Shown here: piece by piece, positions 16,528 through 26,813 of the stretch | How positions within the stretch are numbered: position 1 is the stretch's first letter | How the letters are laid out: each line of letters begins with the position of its first letter | Virus record (IMG/VR): IMGVR_UViG_3300040751_000264 | Span: 1,691-65,690 of that record | Length of the DNA stretch: 64,000 nucleotides | Strand: one strand, 5' to 3' | Origin: a virus | Lineage: Duplodnaviria > Caudoviricetes | Position numbers and translations under genes: made by a program | Notes under the pieces: generated by a model | Told to the model about the DNA's origin: nothing | Database searches by the model: none | What the model saw: the letters and a program-made list of their open reading frames with translations, nothing else

Positions 16528-16804
16528 AGTCTATCAACCCCTTTAACTCTTTTAGTGTTCTATTTACTTGCTTCTTATCTACAGCACAATAACTACAAAA
16601 TCCTGATTCGTTATATACGCTTAGAATTGTTCCACAACCATTAGAACATCTTCTTTCTTTTTGAGCAAGTTTTTTCCTTCTTTTAATTCTATACTTCTCG
16701 CCCACCTTTTCTTTTGTTGCCAATTCACGGCACTCTGGCGAGCAATAAATCTGATAAGAAACGTTTGGCTGAAACTCCTCAGAGCACCAGTCACAGACCT
16801 TCAT
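16511..16804 (-). CDS. Cys-rich Zn-binding hypothetical protein
   Basis: CDWC...YCSPEC...CSNGC...FCSYC. Confidence 0.7.
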   Translation of the reverse strand: MKVCDWCSEEFQPNVSYQIYCSPECRELATKEKVGEKYRIKRRKKLAQKERRCSNGCGTILSVYNESGFCSYCAVDKKQVNRTLKELKGLIDYERFE

Positions 16805-17568
16805 GCAAGGTACTCCAGAGGCTCTATTCTCTCCTCACCTGTAGGAGCGGCAGCACAAGCCTTTTGTAGTGGGCATGTTTTACACACCTTTGAATTAGAC
16901 CTATAAGGCTTCTTTGGGATCTCTCCGCTTTCCCACTTAGCCCTAACCTTTCTCATCCAATCAAAGGCGTGCTCAACCCATGCTAGGCTTTCTTCATCTG
17001 CTTCTACAGGAATGGCATGTAGTTCGTGAGAGTTCTTGTTTTCATAAAGAAGTACCCCCAACTTTCTGCCAAGTATCTTCATATAGATAAGCAACTGCAT
17101 AAGGTGATAGTTTGGTGGCTTCGCGTGCTTGCGGTAAGAGTAAGACTCTTCTCTCATTGTTTTGATTTCAAGAACTGGTTGTGTCTCTCCCCATTGCAGG
17201 ATACCGTCAGCAAAACCAAAGATGGGTGGGTCAGAAATCATCACCTTCTTCTCTTCTTCAACCATAATACCAGCGTCTGTGATAGCCTTCTGAATGCGTG
17301 CATGAGCATCAATACCGCTTTGCATATTGGCTGATGCATAAGCATCTGCATCATCCTCAAACTCTGCACCCTCAAATGCGAGGAACCAGTACCGTGGACA
17401 TGCACCATTTCCATAAACCAACGAGGACGGACTGAAAGACTTCTTCTTCTTAAATTCGGTTGTCCTATTTACCGTATATCCTTCTTCAATCTTAGAGATA
17501 AGTGCCTTAGTATCTATTGGTCCTGCTGGCTGCTTATCTAAAACCTGTTTTAAAAAATTCTTTGCCAT
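16801..17568 (-). CDS. Cas4-like / PD-(D/E)XK exonuclease
   Basis: ACPRYW, GFADG...LEIKT, HLMQLLIY, C-terminal CKTCP...C Fe-S cysteines. Confidence 0.85.
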   Translation of the reverse strand: MAKNFLKQVLDKQPAGPIDTKALISKIEEGYTVNRTTEFKKKKSFSPSSLVYGNGACPRYWFLAFEGAEFEDDADAYASANMQSGIDAHARIQKAITDAGIMVEEEKKVMISDPPIFGFADGILQWGETQPVLEIKTMREESYSYRKHAKPPNYHLMQLLIYMKILGRKLGVLLYENKNSHELHAIPVEADEESLAWVEHAFDWMRKVRAKWESGEIPKKPYRSNSKVCKTCPLQKACAAAPTGEERIEPLEYLA

Positions 17569-17601
17569 TATTGTTTTCCTTACTCGTAGGGAATAATTGT
17601 A

Positions 17602-17901
17602 TCACTTTAGAATGAACTTGAGTGCTGCTACTGTCTTGTCTATCTCAGAGGATGCCGTGTAATAAATGTTCTTCTTTGCTCTATCGCTCTTATCAACATT
17701 TGTCATCCAGGTTGCCTTCATTGCCATCTTTGCTGCAATTGCCTGTAGTCTAACTATCTCAACTGCTGCTACATTCGGAGGAATGTCTGGCTTCATTATT
17801 ACCTTTGCAATAAACTCCAGTGCCTGAGTTAGTTCTGGATCTTGCATATAGTCTGCTATTTCATACAGACCGTTGATCTGCTCAAGAGTCGTTTGACTCA
17901 T
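17602..17901 (-). CDS. Hypothetical protein
   Basis: ORF track; lies within the recombination block. Confidence 0.65.
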   Translation of the reverse strand: MSQTTLEQINGLYEIADYMQDPELTQALEFIAKVIMKPDIPPNVAAVEIVRLQAIAAKMAMKATWMTNVDKSDRAKKNIYYTASSEIDKTVAALKFILK

Positions 17902-18178
17902 CGTTTTCTACCAACCTTTCAAACTCTGACCATTCTAGAATAGCAAGCCTTGTCTTACCATCAAGAACCAGCAGTATTGCTGGAGATTTCTTTCTGTCTA
18001 CCTTCAAAGTATCTGTTACTACTTTAGCCCATACATCCTGAGTGACTGAAAAACTCTTAGAATATTCCTTAGAGTCTACAACGTAATTGTTCCAGGACAT
18101 GTCTCCCTTTGTATAGTTGCGACCTGAGTTTTTGTGCAGCCTTGCACCAATTCTCTTTGCTTCTCCACGCTCGCTCAT
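17882..18178 (-). CDS. Small PD-(D/E)XK nuclease (Holliday junction resolvase-like)
   Basis: ERGEAKR...NSGR...KGD...VVDSKEY..SFS. Confidence 0.65.
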   Translation of the reverse strand: MSERGEAKRIGARLHKNSGRNYTKGDMSWNNYVVDSKEYSKSFSVTQDVWAKVVTDTLKVDRKKSPAILLVLDGKTRLAILEWSEFERLVENDESNDS

Positions 18179-18333
18179 CAGTATCCCTTTCCATAAAGGT
18201 TTACCTTAGAAACATACTTGCAAGAGCACATCCATGTAAAGTCGTAGGTGTCTTTCCAAAACCTCGCCTTATCCACTTCTGACTTGCATTTATGACAAGT
18301 AAACTTACCACTGTATACAGTAAACTTACTCAC
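18178..18333 (-). CDS. Small zinc-ribbon protein (51 aa), not in ORF track
   Basis: GTG start; FTCHKC...WMCSCKY; TGATG overlap with the next gene. Confidence 0.6.
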   Translation of the reverse strand: MSKFTVYSGKFTCHKCKSEVDKARFWKDTYDFTWMCSCKYVSKVNLYGKGY

Positions 18334-19333
18334 CACGAACCTTCTTAAATAGTGTTTCTTGCATGTCCAGATCTTCCTTTACACCAGCAACCAACTTGTC
18401 TCTGCCTTGGAATCTTTCTCCTTCTACGGTATACCAAGCACCAGAACGCTCAACAAAACCAAGCATTTCTGCGGTGTCTACAAGATCTGCAATGGAGTCT
18501 ACGCCAATATCTTCACCACGGAAGTAGAAATCGTACTCTCCTGTCTGAAAGGCTGGAGAGGTCTTAGAGAACTGAACATCCCACCTGACCTTACGACCTA
18601 CCTTTTCTTCAATAATCTTGTCTCCAGAATAGACCTTGCCCTTGATTGCCTGATTATCTGATTCAGAACTAAACAACTTAATGATTGTAGATGAGTAGAA
18701 TTTTACTGCCATGCCCCCTGTGGGCTGTTGTTGAGTATACATCTGACCAATATTATTTCTAGACTGACTAATAAGAATTAACAAGGTTTGATTTTCTTGA
18801 TTGTTTGCATAGTTGAGCATCTTGACTGCGTTAGTCATATCTCTGGCCTCTGCACCAATCTGCTTGGTATTCTCTAGTTGCTTTAGATCTGTGCTATCCT
18901 TCTCAAAATAAATAGCAGGAAGTAGGGCAGAGATGCTATCAACTACGATTAGATCTACACCAGCCTTCATAAGGTCTGTACCAACATCTACCATATCGTT
19001 CACTGTGCGAGCGGTAGAAACAATTAGATTTTCTGTATCTACCCCCAAAGTTTGTGCCCAGTCTTGATCGAACGTCATTTCTGCATCTATCCATGCACAC
19101 ACCTTTCCTTCTTCCTGAGCCTTAGCGATGACTTGCAGGCAAAACGATGACTTGCCCGATGACTTATTTCCCCAAACTAGAACCTGTCTGCCATAGGGGA
19201 ATCCGCCATTGAGGGCACGATTAAGGCCAACGCTTGGTGTTGCGGCAAACCTTGTACTCTCTATCTCAGATCCAAGAGAGATCTTCTTTCGTAACTTTGG
19301 ATTTAAGTTTGCCAGAACTTCTTCTACGCTCAT
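18326..19333 (-). CDS. recA: RecA/UvsX recombinase
   Basis: GNKSSGKS, WIDAE, IVVDSISAL, ISQSR, GGMAVKFYSS, GAWY. Confidence 0.95.
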   Translation of the reverse strand: MSVEEVLANLNPKLRKKISLGSEIESTRFAATPSVGLNRALNGGFPYGRQVLVWGNKSSGKSSFCLQVIAKAQEEGKVCAWIDAEMTFDQDWAQTLGVDTENLIVSTARTVNDMVDVGTDLMKAGVDLIVVDSISALLPAIYFEKDSTDLKQLENTKQIGAEARDMTNAVKMLNYANNQENQTLLILISQSRNNIGQMYTQQQPTGGMAVKFYSSTIIKLFSSESDNQAIKGKVYSGDKIIEEKVGRKVRWDVQFSKTSPAFQTGEYDFYFRGEDIGVDSIADLVDTAEMLGFVERSGAWYTVEGERFQGRDKLVAGVKEDLDMQETLFKKVRGE

Positions 19334-19680
19334 GCCAGAACTCCGTGCATTGATGGACGCTCAAGGTTCTTTTCCATCTTTGCCACTATTGCGTCTGCCA
19401 ATGATCTGTTTGTATATTGTGTGGCAGAAAGGAATGCCCAAAAATCAAGAACGCGAATCACAATGTCTGCCAGTTCTTCTACAACAATGTCGTCGCCCTT
19501 CTCCTTACGCATAGCCTCTAGAACCTCAGATACCTCGCTATGAATCATTGCAAGTTGTTTTAGATGAAAGATAATGTAATCTGCATCATCCATGTTCTCA
19601 TAAGACTCATAAAAGCCCTTCTTCTTTGCATGTGCGTGTAGCGTATGCGCTAGATCGTCCATGTCTCGTAAATATGTCAT
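19330..19680 (-). CDS. mazG: MazG-like nucleotide pyrophosphohydrolase
   Basis: HSEVSEVLEAMRK...EELADIVIRVLD...KMEKNLER. Confidence 0.85.
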   Translation of the reverse strand: MTYLRDMDDLAHTLHAHAKKKGFYESYENMDDADYIIFHLKQLAMIHSEVSEVLEAMRKEKGDDIVVEELADIVIRVLDFWAFLSATQYTNRSLADAIVAKMEKNLERPSMHGVLA

Positions 19681-22600
19681 TCTCCTACTACCTCCTGAAA
19701 TACCATGTCTTCGTCCTTTGATAGATTGTAATTAATCTTAAACGCCTTTCCTTCTTCTAGTCTTGTGTATGCCATTGCAAAGTTGCTGGGGAACACGATC
19801 ATGCTCATCAATTCCCTTCCGCTATCAGCGACTACAAGGCTTGCCATGCGCTTCCCAGCCTTAGTCGTGCGAGGCTTAAAGGATAGCACATAATACTCAT
19901 CCTGTCCATAAGGTAGTTGCTTGTAGTTTAAGAACCGTATAAGCGGAGAGTCGCTTTCTCGTATCTCGTCAACAGGAACTGCTTCCACAATTCTGTTAGA
20001 TCCAGCAAGAATAATGTAAGTTTTGCCTGCTTCAATGCTAGTCTCTTCTTCATCAAATATTCCAATCGATCCTGTGCTATCTAGAATTTCTACTCTTGAC
20101 CAACCCTTGCCACGCTTAATCCCTCTGACTACGCCCATCAAAATGAACGCACCCTTTTCATCGAAATCATCAACAGAACTAATGTATGCATGAAAGTGCT
20201 GTGGGATCTGCACGTTGAACTCTGGAAGGTTTAAATATTGATAGAGATTGTTGCGAACCCCTTCTTCATTTCTAGGATTATCTGGAAACGTTAGTGCTCC
20301 TACAGACCTTAGTGCCTCTAGTGCTCTAGAGTTTACTCCATTTCCCTTTGTAAAAGTGAACTCTTGCACTTCTGCAAAAGACTTGAAGGGCCGTGCTGCA
20401 ATATATCTTTGAGCGATAGTATCAGAAATGTACTTAATTGCCGATAACCCAAAACGTATCCCCTTTCCTTCGATCTTAAAATCAGTATCAGAATCATTAA
20501 TATGTGGTAGACGTAGGGGAATTCCCATACGCTTTGCCTCAATCAAATACTCTGTACGAGCATCCTTGTCCTTCTCATTCTTAAGAAGAGCAAACATAAA
20601 TTCTAGTGGATAATAATACTTTAGCCATGCCGTCCAGTACGAGAGCGTTGAGTAAGCGACAGCATGAGACTTATTAAAGGAGTATCCTGCGTGGGCTTCA
20701 AAGTCGTGCCACATCTTTTCAGCAGCCGTCCCACCAAGAGGCCCAGTTGCATTCCGAATGAATAACTCTTTGAATTGATCAAACTCTTTCGCATCCTTCT
20801 TCTTGCCAATAATCTTACGGACCTTGTTTGCCTCGCCCATAGTCATGCCACCAAGGTTGGTGCAGGCAAGCATAACTTGCTCCTGATACAGAATTGTACC
20901 GTATGTATCCTCTGTAAACTCCTTCATAATTGGGCTGGCGTAGGTAATAGATTGCTTGCCTTGTTTACGAGCAATGTAGTCCTTTCCAATGGTATTCATA
21001 GCACCAGGACGGACGAGTGCATTTGAGGCTACAAGTTCATCAAACTTCTTAACACCCATCTTTACTAGAAGGTTTGTGTAAGGAGTTGCTTCACACTGAA
21101 AAACACCCTTTGTGTATCCATCACTCAGCATATTGTATACATTTGGATCTTCCATATTGACTTCAGACAGTCTTGGCCTCTTGCCAGTTCGTTCTTCAAT
21201 AATGTTTAGTGTGTCATTGATAACTGTAAGAGTTTTCAGGCCAAGGGCATCGATCTTGATTAGACCAATATCTGCCGCCTCTTCCATGTCTACCGCGACA
21301 ACAGGAAGCCTTCCTTCTGTTCCTGTAACATTACGAGTTTCCATTGGGGCAATCTTAGAAATGGGTGTCTTAGAGGTTACGACTCCTGCGGCATGAACAC
21401 CTGTTCCACGAATTCTCCCCCTAAGTTTATCTGCATACTCTACAACCTCAGGGTACTTTTGGACAAACCATGCTGTATTCTTAGAGGTTACAAACTCTTC
21501 CCAAGTGTCTACCGTCTTCAAGGCGCGGTTAACGTCAGAGAGGGGGATATTGAAGCAACGAGAAACGTCCCTAACCACACCCTTATCCTTGAACTGCAAG
21601 AATGTGGCAATTGACGCTACATGCTTATATTGCTTTTCTAAATAATCTTTAACCTCTTCACGACGACTATCTTGAATATCACTATCAATATCAGGCCAGT
21701 CATCGCGGTCAATGTCAATGAAGCGGAAGAACAGCAGCCCATGCTTAATTGGATCAATGTCTGTGATTCCAAGTGCATAGCAAACCAAAGACCCTGCTGA
21801 AGAGCCACGCCCTGGACCAACCATGATGCCGTTCTTCTTTGCCCAGTTCAGCATATTCCTAACAACAACAAAGTATGAGGCAAAGTTCTTTTCCTTAATT
21901 ACTGACAACTCTTCTTCAAGCCTATCAACATATTCTTGATTAGTATCTAGATTGTTGTCCTTAAGCCAATCTTCTGCATACTTTCTAATCTGCTTATCTG
22001 GATCTTTGTATTCAACTGGTAGCAGGTTAAGGTTTCTGTGAATAGTATATTCCTCAACCTTGTCTGCGATCTCAAGCGAGTTTGCAAACATGTCTTCTCT
22101 AAACCCACCGTTTTCTTCCATTGCCTGACGCATTTCATCACCAGATAGCAGGTGAATATCAAACTTGTTAAAACTCATCATACGATCATGACCATAAAGA
22201 TAATCAAGGCGTTCCATCATATCTTCATGCTTGCGAGACTTATCGTAAGTAACATCCTTCTGCAACTTAGCATGAGTGTTGTTGATAAGCATGATCTCCT
22301 GAATAACCTTTTGATCTACCGTCGCATGATGACAGTCTGGAGTTACAACCAACTTGTGCCCCTGAGTGTCAGCAAGATCAATTAGAGCCTCGTTCATCCC
22401 TGCGACATTGTGAGGCATTACCTCTACATAAAAGTCCTCACCAAAGCGGTCAGAGAACCATTGCAGATGCCTCTTTGCTGCCGCATAGTCGTCAACCTCA
22501 ATAGCCTTGTTGATTAACCCAGACATGCAAGCAGAGGTGACAATCAGACCTTCACGATACTTCTCCAGTATTTCAAAGTCAATGCGTGGCTTCTTATAGA

Positions 22601-22955
22601 AGCCTTCGTTCCAGGCAATCTCGTTCAACTTGCCAAGATTCTCTAGACCCTGGTCATTCTTGGCTAGGATAACAATGTGATTATAAACAAGGTCAAGTGG
22701 GGTAGTTCTTTCTGCCTTGTCTCGTTTATCAAATCTATCTGCGGTGATGTACCCTTCTACCCCCAGGATCGGCTTGATTCCCTGCTCCTTGGCTGCGCGA
22801 TACATTGGCCTATGTCCAGAAAGGGTTCCGTGATCTGTGATAGCAATGGCAGACATGCCATTTTCCTTTGCCCTTGTTGCATACTCTTCAGGTGTAGCAA
22901 CACCATCCATTAGACTGTAGTGGGTATGAACGTGAAGGGGTACATAGTTATTCAT
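19677..22955 (-). CDS. dnaE: DNA polymerase III alpha subunit
   Basis: PHP domain LHVHTHYSLMDG/ITDHG, GPGRGSSAGS, PDIDSD, HAAGVV, KIDALGL, YSFNKSH; no intein. Confidence 0.97.
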   Translation of the reverse strand: MNNYVPLHVHTHYSLMDGVATPEEYATRAKENGMSAIAITDHGTLSGHRPMYRAAKEQGIKPILGVEGYITADRFDKRDKAERTTPLDLVYNHIVILAKNDQGLENLGKLNEIAWNEGFYKKPRIDFEILEKYREGLIVTSACMSGLINKAIEVDDYAAAKRHLQWFSDRFGEDFYVEVMPHNVAGMNEALIDLADTQGHKLVVTPDCHHATVDQKVIQEIMLINNTHAKLQKDVTYDKSRKHEDMMERLDYLYGHDRMMSFNKFDIHLLSGDEMRQAMEENGGFREDMFANSLEIADKVEEYTIHRNLNLLPVEYKDPDKQIRKYAEDWLKDNNLDTNQEYVDRLEEELSVIKEKNFASYFVVVRNMLNWAKKNGIMVGPGRGSSAGSLVCYALGITDIDPIKHGLLFFRFIDIDRDDWPDIDSDIQDSRREEVKDYLEKQYKHVASIATFLQFKDKGVVRDVSRCFNIPLSDVNRALKTVDTWEEFVTSKNTAWFVQKYPEVVEYADKLRGRIRGTGVHAAGVVTSKTPISKIAPMETRNVTGTEGRLPVVAVDMEEAADIGLIKIDALGLKTLTVINDTLNIIEERTGKRPRLSEVNMEDPNVYNMLSDGYTKGVFQCEATPYTNLLVKMGVKKFDELVASNALVRPGAMNTIGKDYIARKQGKQSITYASPIMKEFTEDTYGTILYQEQVMLACTNLGGMTMGEANKVRKIIGKKKDAKEFDQFKELFIRNATGPLGGTAAEKMWHDFEAHAGYSFNKSHAVAYSTLSYWTAWLKYYYPLEFMFALLKNEKDKDARTEYLIEAKRMGIPLRLPHINDSDTDFKIEGKGIRFGLSAIKYISDTIAQRYIAARPFKSFAEVQEFTFTKGNGVNSRALEALRSVGALTFPDNPRNEEGVRNNLYQYLNLPEFNVQIPQHFHAYISSVDDFDEKGAFILMGVVRGIKRGKGWSRVEILDSTGSIGIFDEEETSIEAGKTYIILAGSNRIVEAVPVDEIRESDSPLIRFLNYKQLPYGQDEYYVLSFKPRTTKAGKRMASLVVADSGRELMSMIVFPSNFAMAYTRLEEGKAFKINYNLSKDEDMVFQEVVGE

Positions 22956-23677
22956 TAATTAAACTTCTTCCTTTGCCAAAATAGTTTCTTGTATGGCTGG
23001 GAAAAAACACTTCCCAGTTTCTGTATGTTCTTGTGATAGTTCTTGCTGTCAGGCTCTACTACTTCCATCTCCCAATCTTCTCTCTTGAAAGGTATGACCT
23101 GTAGTATTGGCGTACCGCGATGAATTACACCCTTAAATCCTTTCTTAACAAAGAAGGCGTATGGACTTCTTGTGGCGAATTTGTCGGTATCCACTATAGC
23201 GGTTACTGAATAAAAAGGCAAGTCATTTCTGTGCATAGGATGAACAAACATTGTGCTGTATCCCTCATCTGTTCGTACCCCCCAGTATGTCTGCCACTTC
23301 AAAGCCTGCCTATGAAAATCAAACATGGACTGATATCCATTAGTCTGAATGGGATCGTGATTTGTGATAAAGTCAAACTCAGCGTCTGTGATTCTGGAGC
23401 CATCTCCGAATGTTCCAGTGTCGTACTTTATGGTATCTCCTGTGGCATCTATAAAAACATCTCCAGGAAGGTACATCGTATATCCAAACGCCATTGCATC
23501 ATTTACTGCTGGGCAGTCTCTGATTGTGCCAATCTTTCTTACGCCAGACTTACCATGAATCTTTGGATCTACAAACTTTGGCATATCCTTGAACCATTTT
23601 GGAAAAGCATTGATTGCTGGCTCTGGATGTGGACAGCCTAATTCGTCAAACAGTTCTTCAAAATAAATCTTTGGCAC
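22955..23677 (-). CDS. Hypothetical protein (CPAV-motif family, possibly dUTPase-like beta fold)
   Basis: PKWFK...TIRDCPAVNDAM..GY...VDTD...IHRGTPILQVIPFKREDW; GTG start with AGGAG RBS. Confidence 0.7.
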   Translation of the reverse strand: MPKIYFEELFDELGCPHPEPAINAFPKWFKDMPKFVDPKIHGKSGVRKIGTIRDCPAVNDAMAFGYTMYLPGDVFIDATGDTIKYDTGTFGDGSRITDAEFDFITNHDPIQTNGYQSMFDFHRQALKWQTYWGVRTDEGYSTMFVHPMHRNDLPFYSVTAIVDTDKFATRSPYAFFVKKGFKGVIHRGTPILQVIPFKREDWEMEVVEPDSKNYHKNIQKLGSVFSQPYKKLFWQRKKFN

Positions 23678-23696
23678 ATTAACTCCTATTGATAAT

Positions 23697-23721
23697 GGGG
23701 GAGGGCGCAGTGCCCTCCCCC
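23697..23721 (-). terminator. GC-rich hairpin after the SSB gene
   Basis: GGGGGAGGGC-GCAGT-GCCCTCCCCC. Confidence 0.7.
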
Positions 23722-23727
23722 GCAACA

Positions 23728-24390
23728 TTACCAATCAATGTTGGTTGCAGATGCTGTCGATGCTGGAGCATCAAATCCTAGATAGTATGATTCCTGCTCT
23801 GCATAAGGAACCTCACGAACTACCTTCTCTAGATTGAATGGTTCGACACCAGTCCAGTCGTGCTTTTCTGTGTCTGGATCTCCTGGAAGCAGAATATAAG
23901 TAGTGTCCGTTCCAGTGCCTTGACGCTTCATGCGCCATGGGCGGTTGGTAATTGAGCCAGTATCAATTGCATATTCACGCAAGGTGTTGAATGCAGATTG
24001 CTTTCCTACGCCCTGTGACCATACAGCAACATATGGATCTTCTATACCATCGTCTACAAGGAGATTAGTGTAGAAGCGGAAGCGAGCACGCCAGCCACTC
24101 TTAGGCTCCTTGCGATACATCTCACAGCCAAAGCAGCGACCTTCTGAGTCCTGCGTACATACAGCCTTGCGCTTGTAATCCTTGGGGTTTGTGTGCTCAG
24201 AAACAACGATTGCTAGATCTCTCTCCTGATCGTAGTGAGGGGAATCCTCATCAAGTTCATTGACAAAGCGAACCTTTACGCTCTGACTATCTTCCAACTT
24301 AAGCCAACGAACCTTTGCTCCACCCTCGCCAGACGCTGATGGACGGTCCATGGCCTTCTCCATTTCCTTTAGACCCTTCATAATACCCAT
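23728..24390 (-). CDS. Single-stranded DNA-binding protein (gp32-like)
   Basis: VRWLKL..SQSVKVRF, Zn-type C...CFGC, KRQGTGTDTTY, acidic/aromatic tail NIDW; lies beside primase and polymerase. Confidence 0.7.
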   Translation of the reverse strand: MGIMKGLKEMEKAMDRPSASGEGGAKVRWLKLEDSQSVKVRFVNELDEDSPHYDQERDLAIVVSEHTNPKDYKRKAVCTQDSEGRCFGCEMYRKEPKSGWRARFRFYTNLLVDDGIEDPYVAVWSQGVGKQSAFNTLREYAIDTGSITNRPWRMKRQGTGTDTTYILLPGDPDTEKHDWTGVEPFNLEKVVREVPYAEQESYYLGFDAPASTASATNIDW

Positions 24391-24402
24391 ATAAATACAC
24401 TC

Positions 24403-25347
24403 CTAAATAATTGATAATAATGGATTTTTTGTAATTTTTGATAGTTCGTGAATGTCGGAGTCTGTCATGTCTCCGATATCCTTGAACCTTTGTGGGAGCC
24501 TAATTGCTGTTGCTCTTGACCCCATTTTTTCGGTGATGCGTTTTGCCATGTCAGCACCAGCATCATCGTTATCAGGAACAACTATAACATTATTGAAGTA
24601 TTTTGTCAATAGTTCTACCTGAGTTCTTGATACATTAGACCCTAGTGTAGCCACCGCTGGAACATCACATTGATCTAATCTAATCGCATCAAAGGACGAT
24701 TCTACCACATAAACTATGTCATGCGTCCTTGCGCGATGTAAGTTAAACAAAATCTTTGACTTTGGAAGTTTTGGGGTATTCTTAAAATCCTTACCATCTA
24801 CAGACCTAGCAACAAAGCCCACAAACATCTTTCCGTTAGGATCAGTCATTGGAATAATAATCATATCTTGATTTTCAGAGTATCCCAACAGAAACTTTTT
24901 AATAGAGTTTTCAGATATCTTCCTGCCCTCAAAATATCTCATTGCCCTAGGAGATTCAAGAGCCTGGTTATTTAATCTCTTAATTAGCAGGTCGTCAAAT
25001 GGAATATAGTCAGGCTTCTTTTCTAAAGCATTATCGATGCTTTGAGTAATATCTACATTAGTCTTTGCAGAATCAATAAATCTTGATGCCTCAAAAAAGT
25101 TCTTAGAAGATGTATGCATGATAAGTTCTACTAGAGATCTTGACTCATGACAGGAGAAGCAAAAGAATGTGCCTCGCTCCTTGCTGACCTCGCCAGCAGG
25201 CGTGCGATAGTTGTTGTGATAAGGACAGAAGATTAGATAGTCAGAATCTACTTCTGATTCGATGTTGATTCCAGATCCGTTGAGGACTCTCCTGACTTGT
25301 TCTGGAGAGTATATATCGGTCTGTTCTTGTCTAGTCCGTCTATACAT
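24403..25347 (-). CDS. dnaG: DNA primase (Zn finger + TOPRIM)
   Basis: CPYH...CFSC zinc finger; VVESSFDA, ATLG, PDNDDAG, KDIGDM. Confidence 0.9.
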   Translation of the reverse strand: MYRRTRQEQTDIYSPEQVRRVLNGSGINIESEVDSDYLIFCPYHNNYRTPAGEVSKERGTFFCFSCHESRSLVELIMHTSSKNFFEASRFIDSAKTNVDITQSIDNALEKKPDYIPFDDLLIKRLNNQALESPRAMRYFEGRKISENSIKKFLLGYSENQDMIIIPMTDPNGKMFVGFVARSVDGKDFKNTPKLPKSKILFNLHRARTHDIVYVVESSFDAIRLDQCDVPAVATLGSNVSRTQVELLTKYFNNVIVVPDNDDAGADMAKRITEKMGSRATAIRLPQRFKDIGDMTDSDIHELSKITKNPLLSII

Positions 25348-25583
25348 GCGGCATTTCTCTTTCCTATATATGATCCGTATACACTTAATATAAATTCGTA
25401 GTGGTTTCCTGTATATTGTATTGTCCAATCTGGATCTATGTCAAGCCTAACAACATAGCCAGATTCTTTCATTGATTCCGAAAGTAGTCTGATATATTCT
25501 GATTTCATGCGTGGAATAAATATGTCATCTAATATTTGTCCAGACAACTCAAATCTTTTTATTCTTTTGTGCATGAAGTTCAT
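25248..25583 (-). CDS. Hypothetical protein
   Basis: ATG 6 nt after TGATATAAT; overlaps the primase 5' end. Confidence 0.6.
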   Translation of the reverse strand: MNFMHKRIKRFELSGQILDDIFIPRMKSEYIRLLSESMKESGYVVRLDIDPDWTIQYTGNHYEFILSVYGSYIGKRNAACIDGLDKNRPIYTLQNKSGESSTDLESTSNQK

Positions 25584-25601
25584 AGATAAATTATATCAGC
25601 A

Positions 25602-26813
25602 TTATTCAAAATCCTTATACAAGAACCTTCCTGAATCAAAGTCTACCTGCACCATAAAGTCTCCTAGAAAACCATTACGATTCTTCCTAAATACCGCCTC
25701 TAGAACATCGCTGTTGGCAGCACGACCAAGGGCTAGGAGCCAGTCAGCGTCGTATGCGATCTGGCGTGACCATGAGGTCTGTCCCAGAGTTGGCACGCTA
25801 TTCATATCTGTCACATCGTCTGGCGTAGCAGAAGAAATAGCAACAATGGGAATCTCTTCTGAGATGGCGAGCAACTTGAGTTCACGACTCAGATTCTTCA
25901 TCTTAACAACCTCGTTGTCTGTGCGCTGATTGCTAGTCATAAGATTTAAGTAATCAACAAACACAATGTCTGGCTTGTATTGATCAATCTTTCCACGGAG
26001 TACGCTTGGGGATACCTCGCCCACTCCCTCATTAGAAATGATATGAATACTTGGCTTTCCAGTAAACTCCTTGTCCATCCACTTCTTAAACATATCAATC
26101 TCTACGTCGCCGCGAGACAATCTCCTGTGACTCCAAATGCCTTGACCAATAATGGTAAAGATACGATTACGAACCTCTGCCTCTGTCATCTCTAGAGAAA
26201 CAATGAGCGGAGACTTGCCATTCTTCCAAGCCTGTACCGCCAAGTAGAGTGCCATCCATGACTTTCCAATGGCTGGATAGGCTAATAGAACCCCTAACTG
26301 CCCTGGGGTAATACCAGCAGGTAGATAGTTGTCAAAGCCTGCAAGACCCGTGTAAATGCCGTGAGCACCGCTTGCCTGCAACTCTTTAATTTGCTCAAAG
26401 TAAGCGACAGCATCATCAACGTCTGAAACATCTAAGTCTCTAACTGTTGAGGTAACCTTTTTAAGATTTGCAGTTTCTGTAATCAGACTGTTTAGAGCAT
26501 CTGCTGCGTTTCCATCTTGAACCTCTGTTGCTGCTGAACGCAAAAGAATCTTAATATTGTCATTAAGAAAGTCTGTTCGCAGTTCGTCTAACTGATGCTT
26601 TGTGCTTCCAGTATCTTGTGTATAGTCAAAGTCAAAGAACTTTTCTTGTACTATCTTTACTGGTGGAACAGTTTGATTCTGTTCATAATAATTTCTAATA
26701 AAAGACCACACATCGTTATGTGTTCTAAGAAGCGTATCAACATTAGCCTGTAGTAAAACGTGTATTTGCTTGTCATTCAGTACCGCTGAAATTGTCTTAG
26801 CCTCTAGATTCAC
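25602..26813 (-). CDS. dnaB: Replicative DNA helicase
   Basis: AYPAIGKS Walker A, SLEM, VFVDYLNLM, QIAYDAD, KNRNG. Confidence 0.93.
   Translation of the reverse strand: MNLEAKTISAVLNDKQIHVLLQANVDTLLRTHNDVWSFIRNYYEQNQTVPPVKIVQEKFFDFDYTQDTGSTKHQLDELRTDFLNDNIKILLRSAATEVQDGNAADALNSLITETANLKKVTSTVRDLDVSDVDDAVAYFEQIKELQASGAHGIYTGLAGFDNYLPAGITPGQLGVLLAYPAIGKSWMALYLAVQAWKNGKSPLIVSLEMTEAEVRNRIFTIIGQGIWSHRRLSRGDVEIDMFKKWMDKEFTGKPSIHIISNEGVGEVSPSVLRGKIDQYKPDIVFVDYLNLMTSNQRTDNEVVKMKNLSRELKLLAISEEIPIVAISSATPDDVTDMNSVPTLGQTSWSRQIAYDADWLLALGRAANSDVLEAVFRKNRNGFLGDFMVQVDFDSGRFLYKDFE

Noticed and set aside
16801-17568. Cas4-like gene as a sign of CRISPR-Cas
   Set aside because: No repeat-spacer array or other cas genes seen; stand-alone Cas4-like nucleases are common in phage recombination modules.
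19677-22955. Possible inteins or introns in dnaE, terL, recA, dnaB or nrdJ
   Set aside because: Lengths are normal, motifs are contiguous, and no intein termini or homing-endonuclease motifs were noticed.
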